From Shigella phage ESh21, in sequence record ON528731: DNA of 64,000 nucleotides, one strand, 5' to 3'. Both the position numbers and the translations under genes were made by a program. Positions 47,162 through 56,715 of the stretch are shown here, in pieces; positions within the stretch are counted from its first letter, which is position 1; each line of letters starts with the position of its first letter. The notes under the pieces were generated by a model, which saw nothing but the letters and a program-made list of their open reading frames with translations, did not search any database and was not told the origin of the DNA.

Positions 47162-49537
47162 ATGGCTGAATATAAGCTAAGTGAGCTAAACAGTATTGAC
47201 ACAGTTCGCTCAGAAGATTTACTTCACCTAAGAGTCATCAAAAGGTCTGATATGCTTGGTGATGAAGACCGTAAAATGACCTATGCAAATTTCCTTGCCT
47301 CTTTCAAACTAGAAAGATTCTTACAACTAACTGGTGGAGATATGGTAGGGAATCTTGGCATCGTTAAATTAAGATACGGTGGAAAAGACTTATTAGACCC
47401 AACAGGTTCTTCTGAGGTTATTCTTGGTGACACTGCCAAAACCTTTAGAATTAATGCGAGTGCTTTAAGATTAACTGTAAACGATGCCACAAGGTCTGCA
47501 ACAGTTTATCACACACTTAATAAACCATCTCCTAATGAATTAGGTATGAGAACTAACACTGAAAATGATGCAAGATATGCTATGAAGGAAACTGAAAATA
47601 CTTTCTTGGCAAGACAAATCATTAATATCAACGGTGTTGGTCTAACACTTAAAAGTATCTTACCAGATGGTGGAGCATATATTGAAGCAAGGGATTCAAA
47701 CAATGCTTTAAGATTCACAGTTGGTAACTTGACTTCTAGTACTGATGTTACATTAGTTAATAGTAAGGGTGCTACGTTGACTCTTGGAACAAACTCTGTT
47801 AGTGTTGATAAGAATTTTGAAATCAATGGACAGGTTCAGCCTAATAACTGGAATAACCTTGATGCAAGATTCTTTACACAGACTGCTGCTGACCAGAGAT
47901 TTGCAAAACTTAATGCAAGTAATAACTTTGTTGGGGTTAACAATTTCAATGGTAAGACTTATGTTATTGCAGATAGTAATGCACTTAACTTAAGAGCGGT
48001 TACAGAGAATGCTGCATTATTTATGCGTGGTTATAACAGCGCTGGGACAGGAACTTGGTATGTAGGTCAACCAGATGGTACGCAGTCTGAGATTGTTTTA
48101 GCAAACCAGATGACAAATGTTAACTTGAAAATTGCTACAGAGTTTTCATTTAACAAAGCTATCAATGTAGCTGGTCAGGTAAAACCAAGTGACTTTTCTA
48201 ACTTTGATACAAGATATGTTCCAAGCTCTTTGACGAACGTTCTTGCAAGAACTAATGCTGAAAACGTTTTTACTAGTCCACAGACTATCAATACTGACAG
48301 CGACAATCCTTTTAGACTACAGACAACAGTACAAGACTCTGGAATCTACATGTCTGCACATAATGCTAATGGGAGCAGGAGATGGTGGTTGGGTATTGGT
48401 GGTGCTGGTCAAAACAATGTGGTACTTAACAATGATGTAACAGGAAAGGCAATCAATATTGGTACTGATTTAGATGTGAATACACATGTAAATATTGTTG
48501 GACAAGTAAGACCAAGCGATTGGTCAAACTTTGACTCAAGATACTACACACAATCTGCTGCAAACTCAAGATATATGTTGTCTGGTGTATCTGGAACTGG
48601 AACAGAAGTAGGTGATGGCACAGGTGTTGCTTGGGATGCAAAAACAGGTTTGTACAATGTTACAAGTGCAAGTGGTGGTTCATCTCACTTAGTTTACCAA
48701 ATGCACCTTGGAATTGGTGCATCTACACCTTCTGCACAGCTTAGGTTCGAATACAAAAATGGTGGAATCTACTATAGAACAGCAAGGGATAGTGTTGGTT
48801 TTGAGGAGTTTTGGACTAAAATCTATACAGATAAGGCTAAGCCTACACCTTCTGAACTTGGTGCTTACACCAAGGCTGAAGTAGACCAACGTATTGCTTC
48901 CGCTGTAACTGATGCCACAGACCTTAAGAAAGTGTATCCAGTTGGTATTGTGACGTTCTTTGCTTCTAATGTCAACCCAAATACAGCTTTCCCAGGCACT
49001 ACTTGGACTTACTTAACTGAGGGTGCAAACAGAACTATTAGGATTGGTTCTGAAAATGGCTCTGATGTGAAAGGTCTTGGTGGTGCTGATACGGTTGCAT
49101 TAAGTGTTGGTCACATCCCTGCACACACTCACGGCTTCTCTGGGACAACTTCTTGGTTTGACTATGGAACTAAGTACACAGATGGTCAGGGTGCTCACGA
49201 CCATGACAGAGGTAATATGGAAATCTCTGGTAACTTTGGATGGTTTAGAAGTGATAATAACTCGTTCTACGTTGCAGACGGTGCTTTTGCAATGAGTGGT
49301 AGCCAAGGTGGGCATAGCTGGACAGGTTCTAACTTCACTTATGGTGCGCCAGTTAACTTCTATGCTTCCAGAACTTGGACAGGTAGAACAAGTTGGGTAG
49401 GTGCTCATGCTCACGGTGTAGGTATTGGTGGACACAACCACACATTCAGTGGTGACACTGGTGCGACTGGTTCTGGTGCAGCATTCAGTGTTCTTAACAC
49501 TTACATTAAACTAATGGCTTGGGTAAGAACTGCATAA
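47162..49537 (+). CDS. Long tail fibre protein with His-x-His motifs near C-terminus
   Basis: 791 aa; AHTHGF, AHDHD, AHAHGVGIGGHNHTF motifs; C-terminus ...AWVRTA. Confidence 0.6.
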   Translation: MAEYKLSELNSIDTVRSEDLLHLRVIKRSDMLGDEDRKMTYANFLASFKLERFLQLTGGDMVGNLGIVKLRYGGKDLLDPTGSSEVILGDTAKTFRINASALRLTVNDATRSATVYHTLNKPSPNELGMRTNTENDARYAMKETENTFLARQIININGVGLTLKSILPDGGAYIEARDSNNALRFTVGNLTSSTDVTLVNSKGATLTLGTNSVSVDKNFEINGQVQPNNWNNLDARFFTQTAADQRFAKLNASNNFVGVNNFNGKTYVIADSNALNLRAVTENAALFMRGYNSAGTGTWYVGQPDGTQSEIVLANQMTNVNLKIATEFSFNKAINVAGQVKPSDFSNFDTRYVPSSLTNVLARTNAENVFTSPQTINTDSDNPFRLQTTVQDSGIYMSAHNANGSRRWWLGIGGAGQNNVVLNNDVTGKAINIGTDLDVNTHVNIVGQVRPSDWSNFDSRYYTQSAANSRYMLSGVSGTGTEVGDGTGVAWDAKTGLYNVTSASGGSSHLVYQMHLGIGASTPSAQLRFEYKNGGIYYRTARDSVGFEEFWTKIYTDKAKPTPSELGAYTKAEVDQRIASAVTDATDLKKVYPVGIVTFFASNVNPNTAFPGTTWTYLTEGANRTIRIGSENGSDVKGLGGADTVALSVGHIPAHTHGFSGTTSWFDYGTKYTDGQGAHDHDRGNMEISGNFGWFRSDNNSFYVADGAFAMSGSQGGHSWTGSNFTYGAPVNFYASRTWTGRTSWVGAHAHGVGIGGHNHTFSGDTGATGSGAAFSVLNTYIKLMAWVRTA

Positions 49538-49623
49538 TTACCTTGTTGACTAACTGTCAAGATGGTGTTAATATTTCTTAGTAGGTATTCTCACCATCTT
49601 GGCTTAAGAAGTAAGGTGATTAA

Positions 49624-49818
49624 ATGCCAACCATTCTAGCAATCCTCTTGAAAAATCTTGGGGCATTCTTCTGGAAGCTTCTACTTTCTCTTCTTAGCGA
49701 ATACATGATTGAAAAAGTGTTCTTCAAGCTTGCAAGATACCTTGCGAGTAAAACAGACACACCTATTGATGATGAATTTGTAGATACCTTGGAAAAGGCT
49801 TTTAAGGGTGAAAAATAA
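49624..49818 (+). CDS. Small membrane protein (holin-like candidate)
   Basis: 64 aa with N-terminal hydrophobic/amphipathic segment. Confidence 0.35.
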   Translation: MPTILAILLKNLGAFFWKLLLSLLSEYMIEKVFFKLARYLASKTDTPIDDEFVDTLEKAFKGEK

Positions 49819-50192
49819 TGAAGTGGATTGAAGAGGCTTTTAAGAACAACATTGGCGCAATTGTTGTAGGTATTTTCAGTGTAATTGGTATGTACACTAC
49901 GATGCAGGTCTCTGATGGAAAGCAAGAAGTTTCTATCAACACAAAGTTACAACAGTTGGATGGTTACTCAAAAGGTAACTATTCAGCTATTCGTGATTTA
50001 CAGTCTGATATGAAACTCCTTCAGTTAGGGATGGAAAACCAGAAAGTGCAGTTAGAGAACGTTAAAGGGGAAAACGCTAAGTTGACCAAAACCCTTGATA
50101 AATTCTCAGATAGTGTGAACAACTTAGCACAGTCTGTATCAGCTTTACAAGCAATTACCGAACAAAATACACAGAATGTTAAAAAGAAATAA
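49818..50192 (+). CDS. Membrane-anchored coiled-coil protein
   Basis: N-terminal TM segment IGAIVVGIFSVIGMY then coiled-coil-like region. Confidence 0.4.
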   Translation: MKWIEEAFKNNIGAIVVGIFSVIGMYTTMQVSDGKQEVSINTKLQQLDGYSKGNYSAIRDLQSDMKLLQLGMENQKVQLENVKGENAKLTKTLDKFSDSVNNLAQSVSALQAITEQNTQNVKKK

Positions 50193-50197
50193 TGCTA

Positions 50198-50226
50198 AGG
50201 CTCCCGTAAAAAGGAGCCTTTTTTGT
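50198..50226 (+). terminator. Rho-independent terminator ending the structural operon
   Basis: GGCTCC-CGTAAAAA-GGAGCC followed by TTTTTT. Confidence 0.7.
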
Positions 50227-50228
50227 AT

Positions 50229-51128
50229 CTACTTACCTACTGACAAGGGAGCTTCAATCTTACCAGCATGTCGGTAATCTTTCAAACCACCTATAAAGTC
50301 ACTTGCTGTTAAGTGCTTCAGGTCATCAATACTGTTTAACTCAACATCAATCTCAAACTTAGGTGCTGGGTAATCTTCGTTACCTAACAACTGATAAACT
50401 TGCTGCATATGGTTCAGATAAATCTGGGTATCACCAAAAGTACCAACAAGATAACGTGGAGTTAATCCTGTCATCTTACAAAGAACTTGCAAGATAAACC
50501 CATAAGAAGCAATGTTAAATGGTAAACCTAAGAACGTATCACATGAACGTTGATACCATTTCAAGTCAACCTCTCCAGTATTCGAGATATAAATCTGGAA
50601 AAGAACATGACAAGGTGCTAATGCCATAGAGTTGCTTGAGATATCTGCTGCATTCCATGCGTTAACCAGCATGTAACGGTCTGTAGGAGACTTTTTCATC
50701 TTATCCACAAGATTACTCAACTGGTCAACGACAACCCCACCATGCCCCTCAAAAGACCTCCATTGGACACCATAGATTCGCCCACCTGCGTCTTCCAACC
50801 AATCATTTTCAGTTGCATAGGTTGTCTTTAACCAACGTTCAAAATCATCTGTCCAGATAGTCCAACGCTCTCCATCGTTCTCTCCCCAAGTTCTGTAGCG
50901 TAAATCACCCAACTTGTTTTCACCATTCAAAAACCACAATGCTTCACCTAAAACTTGACGCATGAAGGTTTGCTTTGAAGTAATTAATGGGAAACCACTA
51001 CGCATGTCAAAACGAAACTCTGGAGGTGCAAACGTTGTAATAACCTTTCCAGTTCTGGTTTTACGTTCTTCACCAACAGAAAGAACATGGTTGAGAATCC
51101 CTTTGTAGCTTACATCTGCTTGTGACAT
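50229..51128 (-). CDS. thyA: Thymidylate synthase
   Basis: DRTGTG-like, GFPLITSK, ALAPCH, YQRSCDTFLGLPFNIASY motifs match ThyA. Confidence 0.95.
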   Translation of the reverse strand: MSQADVSYKGILNHVLSVGEERKTRTGKVITTFAPPEFRFDMRSGFPLITSKQTFMRQVLGEALWFLNGENKLGDLRYRTWGENDGERWTIWTDDFERWLKTTYATENDWLEDAGGRIYGVQWRSFEGHGGVVVDQLSNLVDKMKKSPTDRYMLVNAWNAADISSNSMALAPCHVLFQIYISNTGEVDLKWYQRSCDTFLGLPFNIASYGFILQVLCKMTGLTPRYLVGTFGDTQIYLNHMQQVYQLLGNEDYPAPKFEIDVELNSIDDLKHLTASDFIGGLKDYRHAGKIEAPLSVGK

Positions 51129-51129
51129 A

Positions 51130-51675
51130 TTAGAAACGTCCTCTTACTTGTGGAACATAAATGTTGAATACAACGCTGTCATCTTTCGACGGTTTTGACT
51201 GTATTCTAGCAAAAGTTGACTCGTCATACAAGTGCTCAAAGAAACCCTTATAAGGCAGCTTAACAGTTGCTTCTTCAGTCACTTCACGGATATATGTTTG
51301 ACAAATTGCATCTGCATATGGTAAAGCTTGGATAAGAATACCTGCTCCACCAATTATACAAACATCTTGCTCAATACTACTATCCAGATGTTTTAAGAAT
51401 GCCCCAAAAGCGTCTGGGTGAACCTTAGCAAACATTACATCTTCTCTACCAAAATCTATACCTTCATACGGTAATGAGTTTGTCAGAACAAGATTATCAC
51501 GGTCTGGTAAAGGTTTACTTCCAAGACTCTTGAAAGTGTCATTACCCATAACTACCAATTGACCTGTAGTAATCCTCTTGAACTCTTGCATATCTTGCTT
51601 ATTACGAGGCCAAGGCATACCAGAGGGGCAACCAAACTCCCCGTTAAGACCGTTTGCAAAAACCAATTTAATCAT
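51130..51675 (-). CDS. folA: Dihydrofolate reductase
   Basis: N-terminal GCPSGMPW and VVMGNDTFKSLG resemble E. coli FolA. Confidence 0.85.
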   Translation of the reverse strand: MIKLVFANGLNGEFGCPSGMPWPRNKQDMQEFKRITTGQLVVMGNDTFKSLGSKPLPDRDNLVLTNSLPYEGIDFGREDVMFAKVHPDAFGAFLKHLDSSIEQDVCIIGGAGILIQALPYADAICQTYIREVTEEATVKLPYKGFFEHLYDESTFARIQSKPSKDDSVVFNIYVPQVRGRF

Positions 51676-51944
51676 TGTGTGAACCCTTTTACAATAAACC
51701 AGTTAGCAATATTCTTCACAGTTTTTACTGGATGGAATACTAAGCGTGGTTGTGGTTGATAACTGCCATAAGCCCAGAAAGAGATGATGTTGTCACAATC
51801 AGTGCAACGTGTGTACTCTTCTGCTACGTTCCCTGCCACAATCTCTGTAATCTCACCTTGGAAATTTGTACCCCCACAATGGGGGCATTTTAGAGGTTCA
51901 CCATCTTGGTTGTAGCATTGCTCAAACTTCTCAAAAAGTTTCAT
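51672..51944 (-). CDS. Zinc-ribbon protein (CPHCGG...CTDCD)
   Basis: Two Cys pairs. Confidence 0.45.
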   Translation of the reverse strand: MKLFEKFEQCYNQDGEPLKCPHCGGTNFQGEITEIVAGNVAEEYTRCTDCDNIISFWAYGSYQPQPRLVFHPVKTVKNIANWFIVKGFTQ

Positions 51945-52462
51945 TTTTTGTTTACCTTAAAAGTTTGCTGGATATCAACTACGAAGTCTAAATCATCACA
52001 CTCACTTGATAAGAAATCTTCAAAGTGCTTGGGTATAAAGCTTAGGAAGTCCATAGAACCTAAGTCACCTACTAAGCGAATGTAATAATTGTTTTCACAG
52101 GTTGCGTTAACTACATGTCGGCCTATGTATGGCTTCACAACCTCTCTGATATCATCTATGAAGATGTTCAAAAGAGCTTTGAAGGATTTAGGGTACTGAG
52201 TCCCTTCATACAAGTCAATGCTTGCTTCAGTCTTTACAGAGATTGATTTAGCATCTCTGAACTCAGTTGCGAACAGATGAGCAGGAAGAATACAAAGTGA
52301 GTCCCCAGTATCTTCATCAACCAACTCAATAGTTCCTGCATCATAGTTTGTTTTAATCAGTATTTCACCTTCTTGTGACTTTTTGGTTTCAAGGTGAGTG
52401 GTGATAATACCTCTCAACATTGATGCTTCTGGGAGCAGTAAGTTGATTCCAATCTTTTGCAT
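51941..52462 (-). CDS. Hypothetical protein
   Basis: ORF in track. Confidence 0.5.
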   Translation of the reverse strand: MQKIGINLLLPEASMLRGIITTHLETKKSQEGEILIKTNYDAGTIELVDEDTGDSLCILPAHLFATEFRDAKSISVKTEASIDLYEGTQYPKSFKALLNIFIDDIREVVKPYIGRHVVNATCENNYYIRLVGDLGSMDFLSFIPKHFEDFLSSECDDLDFVVDIQQTFKVNKK

Positions 52463-52463
52463 G

Positions 52464-52967
52464 TCATACCTCTACAAAGGTGTTTTTGTCATTATCAAAC
52501 TTGAAGAATTTTATACACTTCTGAGTCTTCCAGTCAATCTTTTGGTCATAAGAAAGACCTTGAGAGACTCTCTTACCAACTGTTTGATAGATAATTTCAC
52601 GCAGAGCGTCATATTCCTTCCAAGCTCTTGTACCAATAGTTATATTGGCTCTCTTATAGCTCTCAACAGCTTGCTCATTCCAACGTTGCTCACTAACACT
52701 ACCAACTTTGTAGAGTCTTGGAAGAAGCTCATAACCCATTTGACCTTTCTCTCTGGCAATCTTTAGGTTATGAAGGTACTCGTTAAGGCGACCGTCTTCT
52801 TCAAGCCAACGATAAAGACTCTGGAGACCAAAAATCACGTTGTTGAAGTGAGCAGCACGTTTCACAGAACCTAAATCAGCACGATAATCTGATTTAGGGA
52901 GGCTTAGAATACAATCTTGTAATACATTGTATCCAAAGTACAAGTTCAGTTTTACGGGAAGAGACAT
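52464..52967 (-). CDS. Hypothetical protein
   Basis: ORF in track. Confidence 0.5.
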   Translation of the reverse strand: MSLPVKLNLYFGYNVLQDCILSLPKSDYRADLGSVKRAAHFNNVIFGLQSLYRWLEEDGRLNEYLHNLKIAREKGQMGYELLPRLYKVGSVSEQRWNEQAVESYKRANITIGTRAWKEYDALREIIYQTVGKRVSQGLSYDQKIDWKTQKCIKFFKFDNDKNTFVEV

Positions 52968-53317
52968 TTAATATCCTCATTTTTAAAGGTGAACGTGGTG
53001 TAGTTAGTCCCATCAACATTTAGCCAGATAGCCTTAACAGATACACCATCAATATTGCCAACCAGTTCTTTGATGAACTTGTTACGAACATCATGAGCAC
53101 AAGTTGTCTCAAGCTTAATGTTAGAGATAGCGGAGCCAATTGTCATATAACCAGCAATACGCCTCTTCTCAGTATGCTTGATTCTTCCTTCTTGATACAT
53201 CTGCTTCAGGACTCCCAAGAGTTCTTCACCAAATGACTTCTCAGCACTCGTCGGTTTCCCGTAGAAACCAAGTGCAAAGTTGTCGTTGAAAATTGCATTC
53301 TTACGTTTCATAATCAA
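52952..53317 (-). CDS. Hypothetical protein
   Basis: ORF in track. Confidence 0.5.
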   Translation of the reverse strand: MIMKRKNAIFNDNFALGFYGKPTSAEKSFGEELLGVLKQMYQEGRIKHTEKRRIAGYMTIGSAISNIKLETTCAHDVRNKFIKELVGNIDGVSVKAIWLNVDGTNYTTFTFKNEDIKCLFP

Positions 53318-53613
53318 TCTGCCTTACTTAAGTTGAAGTTTAAACCAAGTTTATCACAAACACTAATCATGTAGTCAAGAGAAACTTTACCGCTACCGTT
53401 TAAGATGTTTGAAACTCTTGCTTGAGAAATCTCACAAATCTTTGCTACCTGAACTTGTGATAGATTGTTTCTTTTCATGTGAATGTGTAGTTTCTCAGAG
53501 ATATAGAACTTCATCTCATCCACATCCATTCCAGCTATGTATGCTTCCATTTCAGACTCTCTATCAGCTTCCCAATCATCTTGGGGTGCATAAGGGTCGA
53601 AGACTTTATTCAT
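53314..53613 (-). CDS. Helix-turn-helix DNA-binding protein (XRE-like)
   Basis: VQVAKICEISQARVSNILNG resembles an HTH motif. Confidence 0.5.
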   Translation of the reverse strand: MNKVFDPYAPQDDWEADRESEMEAYIAGMDVDEMKFYISEKLHIHMKRNNLSQVQVAKICEISQARVSNILNGSGKVSLDYMISVCDKLGLNFNLSKAD

Positions 53614-53809
53614 CCTTCTTCCTCCGTTTACGCGAAGTGTCTATTAAGGAATCTATACTGGTTGCTCTTACATTCTCACGAGTCCCGTTGACGAAGTGGT
53701 CTAGAGCCTCTACAACTGTATTAAAATCCTTAGCCCAAACTCTGTAAATAACTACTCCATCGTCGTCAACAACTTCACCATAGTCGATTCTACAGATGTT
53801 CTTTTTCAT
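53606..53809 (-). CDS. Hypothetical protein
   Basis: ORF in track. Confidence 0.4.
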   Translation of the reverse strand: MKKNICRIDYGEVVDDDGVVIYRVWAKDFNTVVEALDHFVNGTRENVRATSIDSLIDTSRKRRKKDE

Positions 53810-54186
53810 TGTGGCAGACCCATGCAGTGACGGTTAATGATAAAGTACTCAAACCCATCTAAAACAGACTGTGTAACACGTTCTTCTACAGCTTTAGTTT
53901 CAGAAATCTGTTCAGAACTTAGCACATCAATATTCTCAGAAACCATCATATCAGCCACATCGTTGTAGTAACCACCCATAGTGTGGTAGATGAGGTCAGT
54001 TGTACGGTCTGTCATTTCCTGAAAAGTTTCTTGAGTGATTGGTTTAGTTAACTCTCCAGACTTAGAAACAATCTTTTGAGAAAGCTCACAAGACTCCAGT
54101 TTAACTTTACCGTAGTCCATATTTGGCATAACCGCATAAGCATTGAAGCTTAGTACTGCAAAGAGACATAGTGCAAGCTTTTTCAT
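53806..54186 (-). CDS. Secreted protein with signal peptide
   Basis: Start set to MKKLALCLFAVLSFNAYA with GGAGG SD. Confidence 0.45.
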   Translation of the reverse strand: MKKLALCLFAVLSFNAYAVMPNMDYGKVKLESCELSQKIVSKSGELTKPITQETFQEMTDRTTDLIYHTMGGYYNDVADMMVSENIDVLSSEQISETKAVEERVTQSVLDGFEYFIINRHCMGLPQ

Positions 54187-54343
54187 AATTACCTCCAAAC
54201 TAACTAGTGGGTTCCTATATAATATCTTGTATATTGCTAGTATACCCACTAAGAATCTCATGTCAACAACTTTCTACATGTATAACCAAGAGAAAAATAA
54301 GATACCGATAATCACTACTGCAATTGCAATCCCCATAGTGTAA

Positions 54344-55444
54344 TCACTCATAATCTCTAATAACAAGCCCAACAGGGAACTGTAAAGACCCCTTACGAGT
54401 CATCTTCTGGAACTGAACCGTCAGAGGTTTACCGATAAACTCTTCAGGATGTTCAGCAAGATACTTCTTCTTCTCATGGGTAGTTTTCCATGAAACATCT
54501 ACAAAGACGTTAGGAAGAGTCTCTACAACGAACTTACCATGACCCCGTTTGTCAGTCTTCACACCAGTGACTTTAAACTCCTGAGTGTGCATCTTCTTGT
54601 GTTTAATCAGGAAGTAAGAACGGTGACCACACTCATAGAAGGATTCTGGGGAGATTGAACGGTACATTGCCCCTTCAAACTTCAGCTTAACCCAATTATC
54701 ATGTGCTTTGTCGAACTCTTCCCAAGAATTAACACGGATAGTCTGTACAGGAACAACCCTGCAAGCTTCACCAAGTTCAACAAGAGGTGAATTGTCAATA
54801 ACTTCACGACGCTCAGGCCAAGTCTTGGTATTATCACAGATATCATACCAGTAGAACTTAAGAAGGTGACGGTCTGGATTGTCAGTATTCTTAATCATGG
54901 ATACAATATCCTCTAAGTCCCAACCATGAGCGTAAATCTCACCATCAAAATCTTCAACTTGTGGGTGACACTTCAGCATTAGGAACAAATCTGGGATTAG
55001 CTCTGCTGGTACATTATAAACAGTGTTTTCACGAGAATAAGCCGTGAAGCTTACTGTATCAACATCTCTTGAAATCCTGCAACGAACACCATCAAGTTTA
55101 GGTTGAGCGTCAGCAGGGAACTTCAGGTATTTTGCGTGACTAATCTTTACAGCATCGTGAGCAAGCTGTACACCAACCTTTTCAACGTTCTCTGCTTCAG
55201 ACTTTGTGTAAGCATAACCTTTACGGTCTACTTGCTTCTTGTACTTTGCAGAAACTTCAAAGAGAGCTTGCTGTTCAGCATTACGCTCATTCTTCTTACC
55301 GATGTTCTTAGATTCTGCTGTGTACTCTTCAAACATCATCTTGCCATTTTCTTTACCATAAGTTGTGACGACTTTATCACCTACAGCAACACATGACCAG
55401 ACGTTGAAAGAACCATCTTTATTTTGTTTGTACAGAATTGTCAT
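54344..55444 (-). CDS. ATP-dependent DNA ligase
   Basis: KLDGVR nucleotidyltransferase motif (KxDG). Confidence 0.8.
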   Translation of the reverse strand: MTILYKQNKDGSFNVWSCVAVGDKVVTTYGKENGKMMFEEYTAESKNIGKKNERNAEQQALFEVSAKYKKQVDRKGYAYTKSEAENVEKVGVQLAHDAVKISHAKYLKFPADAQPKLDGVRCRISRDVDTVSFTAYSRENTVYNVPAELIPDLFLMLKCHPQVEDFDGEIYAHGWDLEDIVSMIKNTDNPDRHLLKFYWYDICDNTKTWPERREVIDNSPLVELGEACRVVPVQTIRVNSWEEFDKAHDNWVKLKFEGAMYRSISPESFYECGHRSYFLIKHKKMHTQEFKVTGVKTDKRGHGKFVVETLPNVFVDVSWKTTHEKKKYLAEHPEEFIGKPLTVQFQKMTRKGSLQFPVGLVIRDYE

Positions 55445-55535
55445 TTATTACGTGCCTCACAAGCTAGACAACCTTTTGTGAAAAATGAGTGCCAAGAGCA
55501 CCCTCCAAAATCTTCAGAGATGATATGTAAGATTC

Positions 55536-55793
55536 TCATTGCCACTTACCTTCTAAATACACATTTACAACTTGGTGGTCATAATCATCTTTAAGTTTAT
55601 GCTTGACCTCTGCAACTCTGTGGTTCCAATCATTAATCTCAACAGTCTCCCCTTCTCGTGGGATAACTGGATTGCGTTGACCTTCAGTCATAGTGCTGAA
55701 GATGTTTTCATACTTATAGATAAAGTTTACCAGAACCTGCATATCAATATCCTCCATCAAAAACTGTGGTGTGTGACTGACTATTCTTTCCAT
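55536..55793 (-). CDS. Hypothetical protein
   Basis: ORF in track. Confidence 0.45.
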   Translation of the reverse strand: MERIVSHTPQFLMEDIDMQVLVNFIYKYENIFSTMTEGQRNPVIPREGETVEINDWNHRVAEVKHKLKDDYDHQVVNVYLEGKWQ

Positions 55794-55989
55794 ACTTGTA
55801 AGAAGTTGTAGTCTGAGAATTTGGGCAGCGAACTACAATAACATCCCTGCTAATGGCATCACCATTAAGTTTATAAATCTTGCAGTCTTGCATTTCTGGA
55901 GGAAGTCTGTAAGAAGCATCCTTATTCTCATAAGAAGGGTTACATCCAACCAGTAGGACTACTAAAGCTGGTATCAATAATTTTAACAT
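55744..55989 (-). CDS. Small lipoprotein
   Basis: Signal peptide with lipobox LLVGC. Confidence 0.45.
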   Translation of the reverse strand: MLKLLIPALVVLLVGCNPSYENKDASYRLPPEMQDCKIYKLNGDAISRDVIVVRCPNSQTTTSYKYGKNSQSHTTVFDGGY

Positions 55990-55999
55990 TTCAAACCTC

Positions 56000-56266
56000 T
56001 CAATAAAATAAATCTGAAGCTTTTGAATTTACAGGATTCAAAGAACCTTCGTAATGTTCTTCATAACCCTCTTGGCAGATATTATACAGTTCTTTGAATC
56101 GGGCTTCATCAACTGGTTTAACATCTTTCTTAGCGCATAAGAAGAGATACCAATCGTACCCCAAATCTCTGCACCAAGCCTCTGAGACAAAAGCTATTGA
56201 TTTATCTTCGCTCTTGAAGATTGCTAAAGCTTCATGCTCTTTATTGCTCATTTTTGGTGTCTCCAA
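56000..56266 (-). CDS. Hypothetical protein
   Basis: ORF in track. Confidence 0.45.
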   Translation of the reverse strand: METPKMSNKEHEALAIFKSEDKSIAFVSEAWCRDLGYDWYLFLCAKKDVKPVDEARFKELYNICQEGYEEHYEGSLNPVNSKASDLFY

Positions 56267-56457
56267 AATTCAATGTCAATAAGTTCCTGTGCAATACTCT
56301 TCAGATTCCCTTTCAAGAAAACCTTTTCAGAGTTAGGTAGGCTCGCATTATCAATGAGTCTATTCATTCTGTCAAAAAGAGTTTTCTTCCGATTCTTGAT
56401 AGTATCTTTTGAAGCACCTTGCATCATGGCGAGATGGGTTCTTCCACGGTGGCTCAT
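56248..56457 (-). CDS. Hypothetical protein
   Basis: ORF in track. Confidence 0.35.
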   Translation of the reverse strand: MSHRGRTHLAMMQGASKDTIKNRKKTLFDRMNRLIDNASLPNSEKVFLKGNLKSIAQELIDIEFWRHQK

Positions 56458-56654
56458 AGACGTTCACCTTTAAGGTAGCCTGTCTTATCCTTGATAATCT
56501 TGCCCCCAGCGATAAAAATATCAACCTTGAAAAGATTTTCATTAGAAAGCTTGAGGTGCTTATGGCTACTGCAAATGATGATGCACATAGCCTCAATCTC
56601 ACTTTGAGAATATCCAGCACATTGCAGTTGAACTTCAATTTCTGAAATAGTCAT
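56454..56654 (-). CDS. Hypothetical protein
   Basis: ORF in track. Confidence 0.35.
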   Translation of the reverse strand: MTISEIEVQLQCAGYSQSEIEAMCIIICSSHKHLKLSNENLFKVDIFIAGGKIIKDKTGYLKGERL

Positions 56655-56715
56655 ACAAGTCTCCTATACAATATAGAGTATAAGGTACTCTTCCATGAGC
56701 ACCTTGTCAACACTA

